NCBI GenBank assembly: GCA_963733295.1
Contig: CAVTCS010000003.1
Span: 1,312,001-1,376,000 of the forward strand
Reading direction: 5' to 3'
DNA length: 64,000 nucleotides
Source: Vulcanimicrobiota bacterium
GTDB taxonomy: Bacteria; Vulcanimicrobiota; Vulcanimicrobiia; Vulcanimicrobiales; Vulcanimicrobiaceae
Below the pieces are notes generated by a model. It was not told the DNA's origin. It did not search any database and worked only from the letters and a program-made list of their open reading frames with translations. How positions within the stretch are numbered: position 1 is the stretch's first letter; each line of letters begins with the position of its first letter. A program made the position numbers and the translations under genes. Positions 1 to 8,686 of the stretch are shown here, piece by piece.

Positions 1-9
1 AGAAGCGAG

Positions 10-30
10 AAACGCCGTCGTGCGGCGCTT
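10..30 (-). terminator. Possible terminator hairpin after the tRNA pair
   Basis: Minus strand AAGCGCCG-CACGA-CGGCGTTT hairpin just downstream of tRNA-Arg; weak U tract. Confidence 0.4.
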
Positions 31-39
31 TGCTCAACA

Positions 40-113
40 TGCGGTCGGAGGGACTCGAACCCCCAACCTACAAGTTCGTAGCCTGTTGCTCTATCCAATT
101 GAGCTACGACCGC
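40..113 (-). tRNA. tRNA-Arg(ACG)
   Basis: Reverse complement GCGGTCGTAGCTCAATTGGATAGAGCAACAGGCTACGAACTTGTAGGTTGGGGGTTCGAGTCCCTCCGACCGCA folds as a cloverleaf; anticodon ACG, GTTCGA T-loop; CCA not encoded. Confidence 0.96.
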
Positions 114-134
114 ACGCGTTTTGGAGACACACTT

Positions 135-224
135 CGGAGAGAGAGGGATTCGAACCCTCGATACACTTTAACAGCGTATAACGGTTTAGCAAACCGCCGC
201 CTTCAGCCGCTCGGCCATCTCTCC
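135..224 (-). tRNA. tRNA-Ser(GCT)
   Basis: GGAGAGATGGCCGAGCGG...CGGTTT-GCT-AAACCG, long variable arm, GGTTCGAATCCCTCTCTCTCCG; the usual Ser(GCT)-Arg(ACG) tandem. Confidence 0.96.
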
Positions 225-324
225 CAGACTCCAAATCGCTCCTTCGTTTCCGTTGTCGACGGCACCGCGGCCGCCAGGACGGCCGATTCTCGGCCGCCAC
301 GCGCTGTGCCTGCGCCTTCCCTCC

Positions 325-729
325 TTAGCGAGCCGCCTGCAGGCGAGCCGCATCGAACGTCATCTGGACGCGCGTGCCGTGGCCGGTTTCGATCGTGACG
401 TTTCGCGCGATCGAGCGGACGATCCGAAGCCCGAAACCGCGATCGGGCAGGCGTTCGCGCTCGATGAACCGGCCCTCGTCGTACACGTCGATCGCGAGCG
501 TGCCGTTCTCACCGAAACGTGCCAGCATCTCTATATGGTTATGCGAAGGATCGTCGTACGCGTGCTCGACGGAATTCGCCAAAACCTCGCCGACTGCGAG
601 CAAGACGTCTTCGAGGAAGTCGGGGTTCAGCGCGAAGACATCGAGGAAGGCTCGCAGCGCGTGACGCAGCTCGCGCGGCGCCGTCGGATCGGCGCTGCGA
701 ACGATGCGAAGTTCCGAGCGTCCGATCAC
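325..729 (-). CDS. Anti-sigma factor / RsbW-like Ser kinase (HATPase_c)
   Basis: N-box EVLANSVEHAY, D-x-G box (DEGRF), G2 box RGFGLRIV; GTG start overlaps the STAS stop (GTGA). Confidence 0.88.
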   Translation of the reverse strand: MIGRSELRIVRSADPTAPRELRHALRAFLDVFALNPDFLEDVLLAVGEVLANSVEHAYDDPSHNHIEMLARFGENGTLAIDVYDEGRFIERERLPDRGFGLRIVRSIARNVTIETGHGTRVQMTFDAARLQAAR

Positions 730-1055
730 GTTGTCGGCCGTGTCCCGAGGTAGGTCAGCGCAGCCGCGCGGTCCTCGAAAACTTGGAACATCGCGGGCAA
801 TCCCGCATATTCCAGGAGCCTCGCGAACTGCCGGTTCCCGATGAGCAGCGCAACGTTCACTCCCTTGGTATCGGCTTCGCGGTGGAAGCGCATGAGTTCG
901 GCTAAGGCGGTCGAGTCCGCGTACGTTACCCCGCTGCAATCGATCAAGAACGACGTCGCCTCATCGCTCAGCTGCAGCGCGCTCCGGATCTCGCCCTTGC
1001 GGCTCAACTCGAGCTCGCCCCTCAAGACGATCACCCCGATGTAGGCGGGCTTCAT
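726..1055 (-). CDS. STAS-domain anti-sigma factor antagonist
   Basis: LRGEL...DCSGVTYADSTALAEL contains the phosphoacceptor Ser motif; 109 aa. Confidence 0.9.
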   Translation of the reverse strand: MKPAYIGVIVLRGELELSRKGEIRSALQLSDEATSFLIDCSGVTYADSTALAELMRFHREADTKGVNVALLIGNRQFARLLEYAGLPAMFQVFEDRAAALTYLGTRPTT

Positions 1056-2575
1056 GAAGCGATCCCTTCAATGCCGGCCCGGCGTTGGTGGGCCTCCTCG
1101 CTCGCGCGCAACTCCTCGGCGCGTCCGCTGAAGGCAGTCTGCGCGTTGTCGGCCGAGATGACGGCCGCAGCGTCTTTCGCAATGCCAAACCCGATCGTCA
1201 GAATCGCAACGTCGTCGCCGACGGCCCTGTTCGCAAAGATTGCGCGGTGGATGAAGGCGGCTTGATCGTATTCGCCACGTTCGGCCGCTTGCGCCGCGGC
1301 CTCGAGCAGGAGCGCCTCGCCGGCCAAGACGTCGCGTGAGTGTTCCACCGCGCCGTCCGTATACAAGACGAGCGTCGCGCCGGGCACGCTTTGAACGCGC
1401 CGGGTGACGTAACCCGCGAACGCGAGCGCTCCCAGCGGGACCGATCCGCACTCGAGAAAACGCGGACTGCGTCCCGGCTCGAGCAAGATCGGCGGTGGAT
1501 GCCCCGCGATCGCAAAGGCAAAGTCGTACGTTCTTGCGTCGGCGATGCCGGCGATGGCCGTGACGAGTCGCGAGCCTTGTCGTGCGATCTCGGCATTGAC
1601 CCGGCTCAACATCGAAGCGGGATCCGCATCCAGCAGTGCCGCCGAGATAAGCGACTGCCGCGCGCGGTTCATCGTAACCGCGGCTTCGATTCCGTGTCCG
1701 GTGACATCGCCGATTGCAAAGAGCACACGGTTGTTGGGGAGCGCCATGGCATCGTACCAATCCCCGCCCACCTTCGTGCCTTCCGTCGCCGGAACGTAGC
1801 TGGCACTGAAACGCAGCGGCTCGAGCAAAGGCAGAGGGCGCTGCGTAAAGGCTTCCTGCAACGTGTCCGCGACGCGCTTCTCAGCTTCGTAGGCGGCGTG
1901 CAATTCAGCTCGCTCCCGGCGTTCTTCGGCGGCGGTCCGTTCTTGTTCGGCTAGCCTGGCGGCGGCGCGGATCGCGAATGCCCCGTAAGCGATGGCGCCG
2001 AGCGCGAGCAATCCCATGAAGATCCCGAAGAAGATATTGATACGATCGATCGACTTCCCGACTTCCACGGTAATATTCTGGCTGTGAAGTTCGAGGACGG
2101 AATCGATGCTCGCAAAATCTGAGCGATAACGATCCATGAGCTGCTTGCCGTAGGCTTGGACGCGCAGCGCGTTGCCGCGCGGATTCGCCAAGACCGGCTT
2201 CGCCACTCGTTGCGTCCAAGTTGCGCTCGTTTTACGCGCGTCGTCGAGAAAGGGTAACGCGTCCGCATAGCCGGCACTCTGAAGCGCGCTTTGTAACCGC
2301 GCGAACGTCCGCTGGAGTGGAGCGAACGCTTCCGCATACGGTTCGAGGAACTCGCGGTCACCGGTCGCTGCGAGCCCTCGGATCCCGGTTTCCTGGTCGA
2401 GCTGCAGCTTCACCGCAGCGTCGGTCAGCTCTTTGATCTGATAGGCGGCCTCATAGGCCGAAAAGGCGTTGGCGACGTAACGACGCGCGAGCAAACCGGA
2501 CGTAACGAGAAGCAGCAAGGCGAGGAAGGCGGCCGCAGCAGTCAGCCAGAGCGAACGCCTGGCGGGAGCGATCAT
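1052..2575 (-). CDS. Membrane sensor PP2C/SpoIIE phosphatase with extracellular CHASE3 domain
   Basis: TM - DQETGIRG..TGDREFLEPY (CHASE3) - TM - VGGDWYD, IGDVTGHG, LYTDG, DDVAIL; start placed at ATG 2575. Confidence 0.9.
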   Translation of the reverse strand: MIAPARRSLWLTAAAAFLALLLLVTSGLLARRYVANAFSAYEAAYQIKELTDAAVKLQLDQETGIRGLAATGDREFLEPYAEAFAPLQRTFARLQSALQSAGYADALPFLDDARKTSATWTQRVAKPVLANPRGNALRVQAYGKQLMDRYRSDFASIDSVLELHSQNITVEVGKSIDRINIFFGIFMGLLALGAIAYGAFAIRAAARLAEQERTAAEERRERAELHAAYEAEKRVADTLQEAFTQRPLPLLEPLRFSASYVPATEGTKVGGDWYDAMALPNNRVLFAIGDVTGHGIEAAVTMNRARQSLISAALLDADPASMLSRVNAEIARQGSRLVTAIAGIADARTYDFAFAIAGHPPPILLEPGRSPRFLECGSVPLGALAFAGYVTRRVQSVPGATLVLYTDGAVEHSRDVLAGEALLLEAAAQAAERGEYDQAAFIHRAIFANRAVGDDVAILTIGFGIAKDAAAVISADNAQTAFSGRAEELRASEEAHQRRAGIEGIAS

Positions 2576-2723
2576 GCGCTGGAACGTTCCCAACCGAGTT
2601 CGTTGCTGCCCACTCTTCGCAATATCCTTACCGCTTCGAAGAACTCCTACGCCCGGGGGCAATGGCTCCCGAACCTGCCGAGCGGTGGGTGATCGGCGCG
2701 GAACGTGGAATGCGGACGCGCCG

Positions 2724-3461
2724 ATGGTTGCCGCAATAACCGCGGGGGGCCGCGTGGACGGCGAACTCGCTGCCGCGCTGGGGACCCCTATCAAGGCTTT
2801 GGCGCGCGTCGGCGCCGGAACGCTCCTCGACACGGCGATCGCAGCAGCGCGCGGCAGCGGCGCGGCGCGCGTCGCCGTGATCGGCGGAGCCGAGGTCCGC
2901 GGCCACTGCGCGAGCACGGTCGACGCGGTCGTCGACGAGTCGATTGACGGCGGCGAAAACTTGCGGCGTGCCTTCGGCGAGGCCGCCGACGCGCCGCTCT
3001 TGCTCCTGGCCAGCGATCTTCCATTCGTCGCCGCCGCTTCAATCGCAGCCTTCCTCGCGGCCGCTCGCGGAGCCGATCTAGCGATGCCTCTCGCCGACGC
3101 TGACGCGTATCGCGCAGCGTTCCCCGGCGCACCGGCCCACGACGCGAACCTCGCGGGCGAGCGCGTCGTCAACGGCAGCGTCTTTTATTTCGGTCCGGGC
3201 GTCGCGTCGCGCGTTCTGACGGTAGCACAGCAGCTCTTCGCGGCGCGCAAGAACTCGCTTGGGATGGCGCGGCTGCTCGGGACGCGCCTCCTCGTGCGAT
3301 TTGCCCTGGGGCGCTTGCGGGTTGAAGACATCGAGGCACGCGCCTTCGAGCGCCTCAGTCTTCGGGCACGGGCGGTGCGAGGCTCGGGACCCGACCTTTG
3401 CTACGACATCGATACGCTGACCGACTATCGCTACGCAGTCGCTCGTGCCGCGCGCGGCTGA
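2724..3461 (+). CDS. MobA-like NTP transferase family protein
   Basis: AAITAGG...PIKAL, ASDLPF, C-terminal DIDT..DY. Confidence 0.8.
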   Translation: MVAAITAGGRVDGELAAALGTPIKALARVGAGTLLDTAIAAARGSGAARVAVIGGAEVRGHCASTVDAVVDESIDGGENLRRAFGEAADAPLLLLASDLPFVAAASIAAFLAAARGADLAMPLADADAYRAAFPGAPAHDANLAGERVVNGSVFYFGPGVASRVLTVAQQLFAARKNSLGMARLLGTRLLVRFALGRLRVEDIEARAFERLSLRARAVRGSGPDLCYDIDTLTDYRYAVARAARG

Positions 3462-4626
3462 CCCCGCGCGGCTCTGCGCGTTCAACGCCGGCATCCAACT
3501 GGTGTGGGGCGCGCTCTTGGCGGTCTCGCTGCAGAGCCGCAGCATCGAGCTCGAACCAGGCAACGGCTTGCGCGCCTACGCCGCGATTGCAGCGGCCGGT
3601 GCGCTCGTCGGGACGCTCGTTCAACTCGGCGCAGGCGTTGCCGCAGATCGGCGCCGCGCGGTCGTCGGACACCGCAGCGAATTCTTCGGCGCCGGCGTCG
3701 CGATCGCGGTCGTCGCGCTGGGATGGTTCTTCCTCGCGCCGAACCTCCTCCAGCTTTCGGGGGCTTTCTTTTTCTTGCAGTTGGGAATGAACGTCGCCGG
3801 CGGTCCGTATCAGGCCGTCATTGCCGACTACGTCGCACCGCGGCGTCGCGGCGAAGCGTCCTCGTGGATGAGCGGATATCAATCCTTCGGGAACGTTCTC
3901 GGTTTGCTCGTGGCGGGTTTCGTGCACGACCTGCGAATCGTCGCGCTCGCGCTCGCGACACCCCTCGTCGCTACCGCCGCCCTTACTCTCGGCGCCATCC
4001 GCGGCTTGCCGCAACAGAACCCGGAACGGGCCGCGCCACTTCGCTTGCGCGGCGCACTGGGCGTCCTTCTCGTATCACGCGGGCTCATCAACGTCGGTTT
4101 CTTTACGCTCTTGGGCTTCCTCTTATTCTTCGTGCGCGACTCGCTCGGCGTGCAAGGCAGCGATGCCGTGAAAACGCAGACCGCGCTCATCTTCATCTGC
4201 TTCACGGTCGCCGCTATCGGTGGAGCAATCGCAGCGGCGCGGCCGGCCGACCGTTACGACAAGCGACTCGTCGTCAGCATTGCAGTGGCGCTGATCGCAA
4301 TCTCTCTGGCGTTTCTGGCCGGTTCGCAGAACGTTGCGGTCGCCTATGCCTGCGCCGTGCTGGCGGGTGCGGCCTGGGGCGCGTTTGTGAGCGCCGATTG
4401 GGCGCTCGCCTCCATCGTGCTGCCGGGCGGCGCGATGGCGACGGCGATGGGCGTTTGGAACGTCGCGACGACCGTGCCGCAAATCGTCGCTCCCCTCTTG
4501 ACGGCGCCGCTCGTCGAGCGCGCAAACGCGAGGTCCGCCGGTCTCGGGCCGCGGCTCGCAATCGTGCTCGCGTTGCTCGAGTTCGTCGCCGGGTCAATCC
4601 TTATTTGGCGCTTGCCGCGCGCATGA
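3445..4626 (+). CDS. MFS transporter
   Basis: About 12 hydrophobic segments; motif-A-like GVAADRR and RPADRYDKR. Confidence 0.85.
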   Translation: MPRAADPARLCAFNAGIQLVWGALLAVSLQSRSIELEPGNGLRAYAAIAAAGALVGTLVQLGAGVAADRRRAVVGHRSEFFGAGVAIAVVALGWFFLAPNLLQLSGAFFFLQLGMNVAGGPYQAVIADYVAPRRRGEASSWMSGYQSFGNVLGLLVAGFVHDLRIVALALATPLVATAALTLGAIRGLPQQNPERAAPLRLRGALGVLLVSRGLINVGFFTLLGFLLFFVRDSLGVQGSDAVKTQTALIFICFTVAAIGGAIAAARPADRYDKRLVVSIAVALIAISLAFLAGSQNVAVAYACAVLAGAAWGAFVSADWALASIVLPGGAMATAMGVWNVATTVPQIVAPLLTAPLVERANARSAGLGPRLAIVLALLEFVAGSILIWRLPRA

Positions 4627-5752
4627 ACCTGCGGCGCTCGAGCAACTCGACGATGCGTTCGGCCGCCGCTCGCGCCGCTGCAGGGCGCCGCAAGGCTCGC
4701 ATGCTGTCGCGTAACTGCGTCTGACGCTCCTGCGAGGTCAGTACCTCGACGACGGCTTGAGCGAGATTGCGTTCGCCGCGGGCCCGGATCGCTGCTCTCC
4801 TCGAAACGAGATAGCGCGTGTTGCGTTCTTCCTGTCCGGGTAGGGGTTTCACGAGCACCATCGGCAGCTGTGCGCTCAAGGCCTCGGACGACGTGAGGCC
4901 GCCCGGTTTCGAAAGCAGCACGTCGCTCGCGTGCATGTAGTCGTAGACGTTGTCCACGAACCCGAAGACGCGCAACGGATATTGAGTGCGCTCCGCGGCC
5001 GCCAACACGCGCCGCTCGAGGCCGCCGTTGCGTCCGACGATGATCGTTCCGGCGAGGGGCAGCTCGATTTGCCCGAGCGCCCGCATCATCAGTTCGAGCG
5101 GGCCGATGCCGAGGCCGCCGGCCATCATCAGCACGTTCGCGCGGTCGGCCGGTAAGCCGAGCGCGGCCCGCAGTTCGCCGGCCGGAAGGCGTGGCCGTTC
5201 GAAGCGCGCGTCGACCGGAATGCCCGAAACGAGAATCCGTTCGCGCTCGACGCCGCGAGCCAACAGCGTTTGGCGCATCTCGCTGGTTGCGACCGCATAC
5301 GCGTCGACGTTCGGATAAATCCAGAATGGATGCACGACGAAATCTGTCACGATGCCGACGACCGGCAACGCGGGATCGAATTGGCGTTTGTATTCCGACA
5401 TCACGCCACACGGAAAGGCGTGCGTGCACACGACGACGTCGGGCTTGCGCTCGTTGACCAGAGCCCGCAGGTTGGCGGCCGTGTATTGGCTGACCCAACG
5501 CCGGAATGCCGGCACGTGGGTCGCGTTCTCGGCGCGATCGTAGATGTAGCGATAGAGCTGAGGGACGGTCTTCACCATGCCGATGTAGCCGTCCGCCACG
5601 ACTTTCGAAAAGATGCTCGCCGCGTACTTATAGGAATCGACGGTCTGCGTTTCGATCTGCGAGTCGATCGCGTCGAGGGCCGAGCGCACGGCGTTCGCTG
5701 CGGCCGTGTGACCGACGCCTACGCTCGCCGAGAGAAACAGGACGCGCGCCAA
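4601..5752 (-). CDS. MGDG synthase / UgtP-like diacylglycerol glycosyltransferase
   Basis: SASVGVGH, CTHAFP, VTDF..HPFW, SKPGGLTSSE, PGQEERN motifs. Confidence 0.88.
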   Translation of the reverse strand: MARVLFLSASVGVGHTAAANAVRSALDAIDSQIETQTVDSYKYAASIFSKVVADGYIGMVKTVPQLYRYIYDRAENATHVPAFRRWVSQYTAANLRALVNERKPDVVVCTHAFPCGVMSEYKRQFDPALPVVGIVTDFVVHPFWIYPNVDAYAVATSEMRQTLLARGVERERILVSGIPVDARFERPRLPAGELRAALGLPADRANVLMMAGGLGIGPLELMMRALGQIELPLAGTIIVGRNGGLERRVLAAAERTQYPLRVFGFVDNVYDYMHASDVLLSKPGGLTSSEALSAQLPMVLVKPLPGQEERNTRYLVSRRAAIRARGERNLAQAVVEVLTSQERQTQLRDSMRALRRPAAARAAAERIVELLERRRFMRAASAK

Positions 5753-5773
5753 GTTACCCGTACGTCCGGCGGC

Positions 5774-6016
5774 TCAATTTTCGGGTTCTTCTGCGGGGGC
5801 GGCCTCTTCCGAAAAGACGCGAAAATCGTCGAGGATCTCTTGCGCAAGCTCGTCATCGGCGAGCAGCGCGCCCATTTCATCGGTGACGATGAACTCATCG
5901 ATCGCCTCGCTATAGCCGACGGCGTAACCGTTCTGTTCTTCGTCTTCGACGATGCCCACGATCTCGTACTCGACCTTCTTCCCATCCGTCGTCCCCACCA
6001 CGATGACGTCGTTCAA
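5774..6016 (-). CDS. DUF1292-like small acidic protein (start uncertain)
   Basis: Highly acidic, DGKKVEYEIVG, in the ruvX/mltG neighbourhood. Confidence 0.65.
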   Translation of the reverse strand: MNDVIVVGTTDGKKVEYEIVGIVEDEEQNGYAVGYSEAIDEFIVTDEMGALLADDELAQEILDDFRVFSEEAAPAEEPEN

Positions 6017-6067
6017 CTCGACCTTGCCCTCGTGGCTCTCACCGTTGTGGTTGTCCGTGACTCCCTC

Positions 6068-7075
6068 CTAGCGCAGGTAGCGGGCGACGTTCGCTTCGTG
6101 TTCCGCCAGCGTTCGCGAAAACGCGTGATGTCCATTTTGCTTGGAAACGTAGTAGAGATAGTCGGACGGCCGCGGATAAAACGCGGCCCAGAGCGACGGG
6201 CGGCCCGGGTTCGCGATCGCGGTCGGCGGCAAACCGCGATGTTTGTACGTGTTGTAGGGAGAGTCGCTGGCGAGATCGGCGTAGGTGATGACGTCCTTGT
6301 GGTGCGGAAACGTATACTCGATCGTCGCGTCGACCTGCAGCGGCATGCCGCGCCGTAAGCGATTGTAGTAGACTCCGGCGATCAGAGGCCGCTCGTCGTC
6401 GGCCTGGGCCTCGCGCTCGACGAGCGATGCTAGCGTAACGACCTGTGGTACGCTCAGGTGCAGATGTTTGGCGCGAGCTGCTGCGTCGCGCGGCAGCTCG
6501 GTGCGGAATTGATCGGTCATTATCTTCGCCACCGCCGCGGGCGTCGCCCCGACGGGCACGAGATAGGTCTCCGGGAACAGAAAGCCCTCGAGCGATTTGG
6601 AGCTCGCGCCGTCGATCCGCAGCGGCGTCGTCAGGAAGTAACTCTCGAAACCCGCCGCCTCGCCCACACCGCGCGCGTCGAGCGTCGAGGCGATCTCCCG
6701 TGCCGTGAAGCCCTCCGGGATCGTCACCCAGACTGCGACCTGCTCGCCGCCCGCGACCAGCTGGCCCAAGACCTCGTCGAGCGTCCGATGAGCATCGAAA
6801 CGGTACTCACCGGCTTTCATCCGCGTTTGTGCGCCGCGCAGTCGCACCAAGAGCCGAAAGGCATCGCTCGAAGCGATGACGCGGTCCGCGGCGAGCAGAT
6901 CGGCGACTTCGCGCGCGCTCGTTCCTTGCGGGATGAGCGTGACCGTGGGAGCAGCCGGCAACGAACGGTCGTAGGCCGTGGCGCGGACGAACCAGAAAAC
7001 GAACAGCCCGAAAACGGCGAGCAAGACGGCCGCGACCGCGCGCAGCAGGCGTCGAAGGTTCACGCGCGGGAACAC
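6068..7075 (-). CDS. mltG: Endolytic transglycosylase MltG
   Basis: N-terminal TM, TIPEG, LEGFLFPETY, LASLVERE, NRL..GMPLQVD, SPYNTY..GLPPTAI. Confidence 0.95.
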   Translation of the reverse strand: MFPRVNLRRLLRAVAAVLLAVFGLFVFWFVRATAYDRSLPAAPTVTLIPQGTSAREVADLLAADRVIASSDAFRLLVRLRGAQTRMKAGEYRFDAHRTLDEVLGQLVAGGEQVAVWVTIPEGFTAREIASTLDARGVGEAAGFESYFLTTPLRIDGASSKSLEGFLFPETYLVPVGATPAAVAKIMTDQFRTELPRDAAARAKHLHLSVPQVVTLASLVEREAQADDERPLIAGVYYNRLRRGMPLQVDATIEYTFPHHKDVITYADLASDSPYNTYKHRGLPPTAIANPGRPSLWAAFYPRPSDYLYYVSKQNGHHAFSRTLAEHEANVARYLR

Positions 7076-7501
7076 TTACGTGGCGGCGCGACGCCGCCGC
7101 GCCAGATACGCTTCCAGTATGAGCGCCGCCGCGAGTTGATCGACCACGTTCTTACGGCGTTTACGCGAGACGTCCGAGGCGAGGAGCGTCCGGTTCGCCT
7201 GGGCGGTGGTCAAGCGCTCGTCGACGCGCTCGACTGGACCACCGAACGCTTTCGCAAGACTCGCCGCAAATTCGTCCATCTTTTGCGCGGCGGGGCCGCG
7301 TTCGCCCGACAAGCGCAACGGGTCACCGACCACGATCGTCGTCGCTCCACACTCGCGTGCCAGGGACAGGATCGCGTTCAAGTCGTCGCGCAAGCCGCCG
7401 CTGCGTTCCAGCGTCCGCAAGGGCAGCGCATATCTTTCGCTCGGATCGCTGACCGCCGCGCCGATGCGCCGCTCGCCGACGTCGAGCGCTAGGATCGACA
7501 T
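7076..7501 (-). CDS. ruvX: Holliday junction resolvase-like RuvX/YqgF
   Basis: ILALDVGERRIGAAVSD, VDERLTT, VDQLAAALILE. Confidence 0.95.
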   Translation of the reverse strand: MSILALDVGERRIGAAVSDPSERYALPLRTLERSGGLRDDLNAILSLARECGATTIVVGDPLRLSGERGPAAQKMDEFAASLAKAFGGPVERVDERLTTAQANRTLLASDVSRKRRKNVVDQLAAALILEAYLARRRRAAT

Positions 7502-7520
7502 CGGCGGCAAACTCGCGCCA

Positions 7521-8309
7521 CTAACTTGCGGCCGGGGTACGACGGCGCGGTTGCGCGCCCACCGATGCGAGATCGTCGAGCAGCCTGCTCGACTTCGGAC
7601 GCTTCCCGAGATGATAGTTCACGAACGCATCGACCGCGCGCGCGCTCGAAGCGGTGGCGAACACCGCAGGACGCACCGCACCGCCGCGCTCGGCGCCCAG
7701 TAACTGAAGGTTGGCGACGTCGTCCGGCTCGAGGCCGAGTGCGTCGGACCGGTGCGGGCGGCAGCTTTCGCAGGCGAGTCCACCCGCTTCGAGGTCCGCC
7801 CAGCCGGGACGTCCGGCCAGCGCGGCGGCGCAGCGTATGCAAGTCGCCGTCTCGGGTGCGAAGCCGAGAGCGCCCAAGAGGCGCAATTGAAAGCGCGGGA
7901 CGAGCGCCGCCGGGTCCGGCGCATCTTCCAGCGCGCGCAGGGCGCCGCGTAGGAGTGCGTACACCTCCGGCAGCGCGAGGTCCGGTTCGCAAAACGCGTC
8001 GATCAATTCGGCCAGCACGTGCGCCGTGGCGAAGACTGCAGGATCGACGATCGACGGCCAGCGCGCGCGGAAGATCTCGGCGCTCGTGATCACGTCCAGA
8101 TTACGGCCCCGGTGCATGCCCAGCGCGACCTCGCTCGCAAACTCGAGCCGTCCCGAAAAATGGCTCTTCGTGCGCCGGACGCCCTTCGCGATGGCGTCGA
8201 ATTTGCCGCTGCGTTCGCCGAACAGCGTGAAGATGCGGTCGGCCTCGCCGAGATTTCGCGAACGCAACACGATCGCGCGCGTCTTGTACGTGCGCGCGGG
8301 CGAACTCAC
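7521..8309 (-). CDS. recO: DNA repair protein RecO
   Basis: AIVLRSRNLGEADRI, AIAKGVRR, C-x2-C...C-x2-C zinc finger; GTG start overlaps the cdd stop. Confidence 0.93.
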   Translation of the reverse strand: MSSPARTYKTRAIVLRSRNLGEADRIFTLFGERSGKFDAIAKGVRRTKSHFSGRLEFASEVALGMHRGRNLDVITSAEIFRARWPSIVDPAVFATAHVLAELIDAFCEPDLALPEVYALLRGALRALEDAPDPAALVPRFQLRLLGALGFAPETATCIRCAAALAGRPGWADLEAGGLACESCRPHRSDALGLEPDDVANLQLLGAERGGAVRPAVFATASSARAVDAFVNYHLGKRPKSSRLLDDLASVGAQPRRRTPAAS

Positions 8310-8686
8310 GGCAGTTCGAACGCCGCCGGGAGCAATTCGGCCAGCGCGCTCTCCTCGAAGCCGGTACCGCGCGAATACAGGATGCGAGCCGACGGAGCGA
8401 ACTCGGCGAGAACCTGGCGGCAGGCCCCGCACGGGGGCGTCGCGCCGGAGTGTTCGGCCGCCACTGCGAGCATCGTGAAGCGGCGCTTTCCGGCCGCGAT
8501 CGCCGCAAAGATCGCCGAGCGTTCGGCGCACACGGAGAGTCCGTACGAAGCGTTCTCGACGTTGCACGCGGTAACGACCGTGCCATCCTCGCACAGCAGT
8601 GCCGCGCCGACCGGAAACGCGGAATACGGAGCGTAGGCGTGTTCGCGCGCAGCGTGCGCCGCCGCCATCAGCTCTCCCTCGGTCAC
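8306..8686 (-). CDS. cdd: Cytidine deaminase
   Basis: AYAPYSAFPVGAA, NVENASYGLSVCAER, PCGACRQ. Confidence 0.96.
   Translation of the reverse strand: MTEGELMAAAHAAREHAYAPYSAFPVGAALLCEDGTVVTACNVENASYGLSVCAERSAIFAAIAAGKRRFTMLAVAAEHSGATPPCGACRQVLAEFAPSARILYSRGTGFEESALAELLPAAFELP

Noticed and set aside
40..330. Genomic island integrated at the tRNA genes
   Set aside because: No integrase and no duplicated tRNA 3' end in the window; the tRNA 3' side runs off the window edge and cannot be assessed.
30..398. 122-aa ORF at the window start
   Set aside because: It is the antisense reading of the two tRNA genes.
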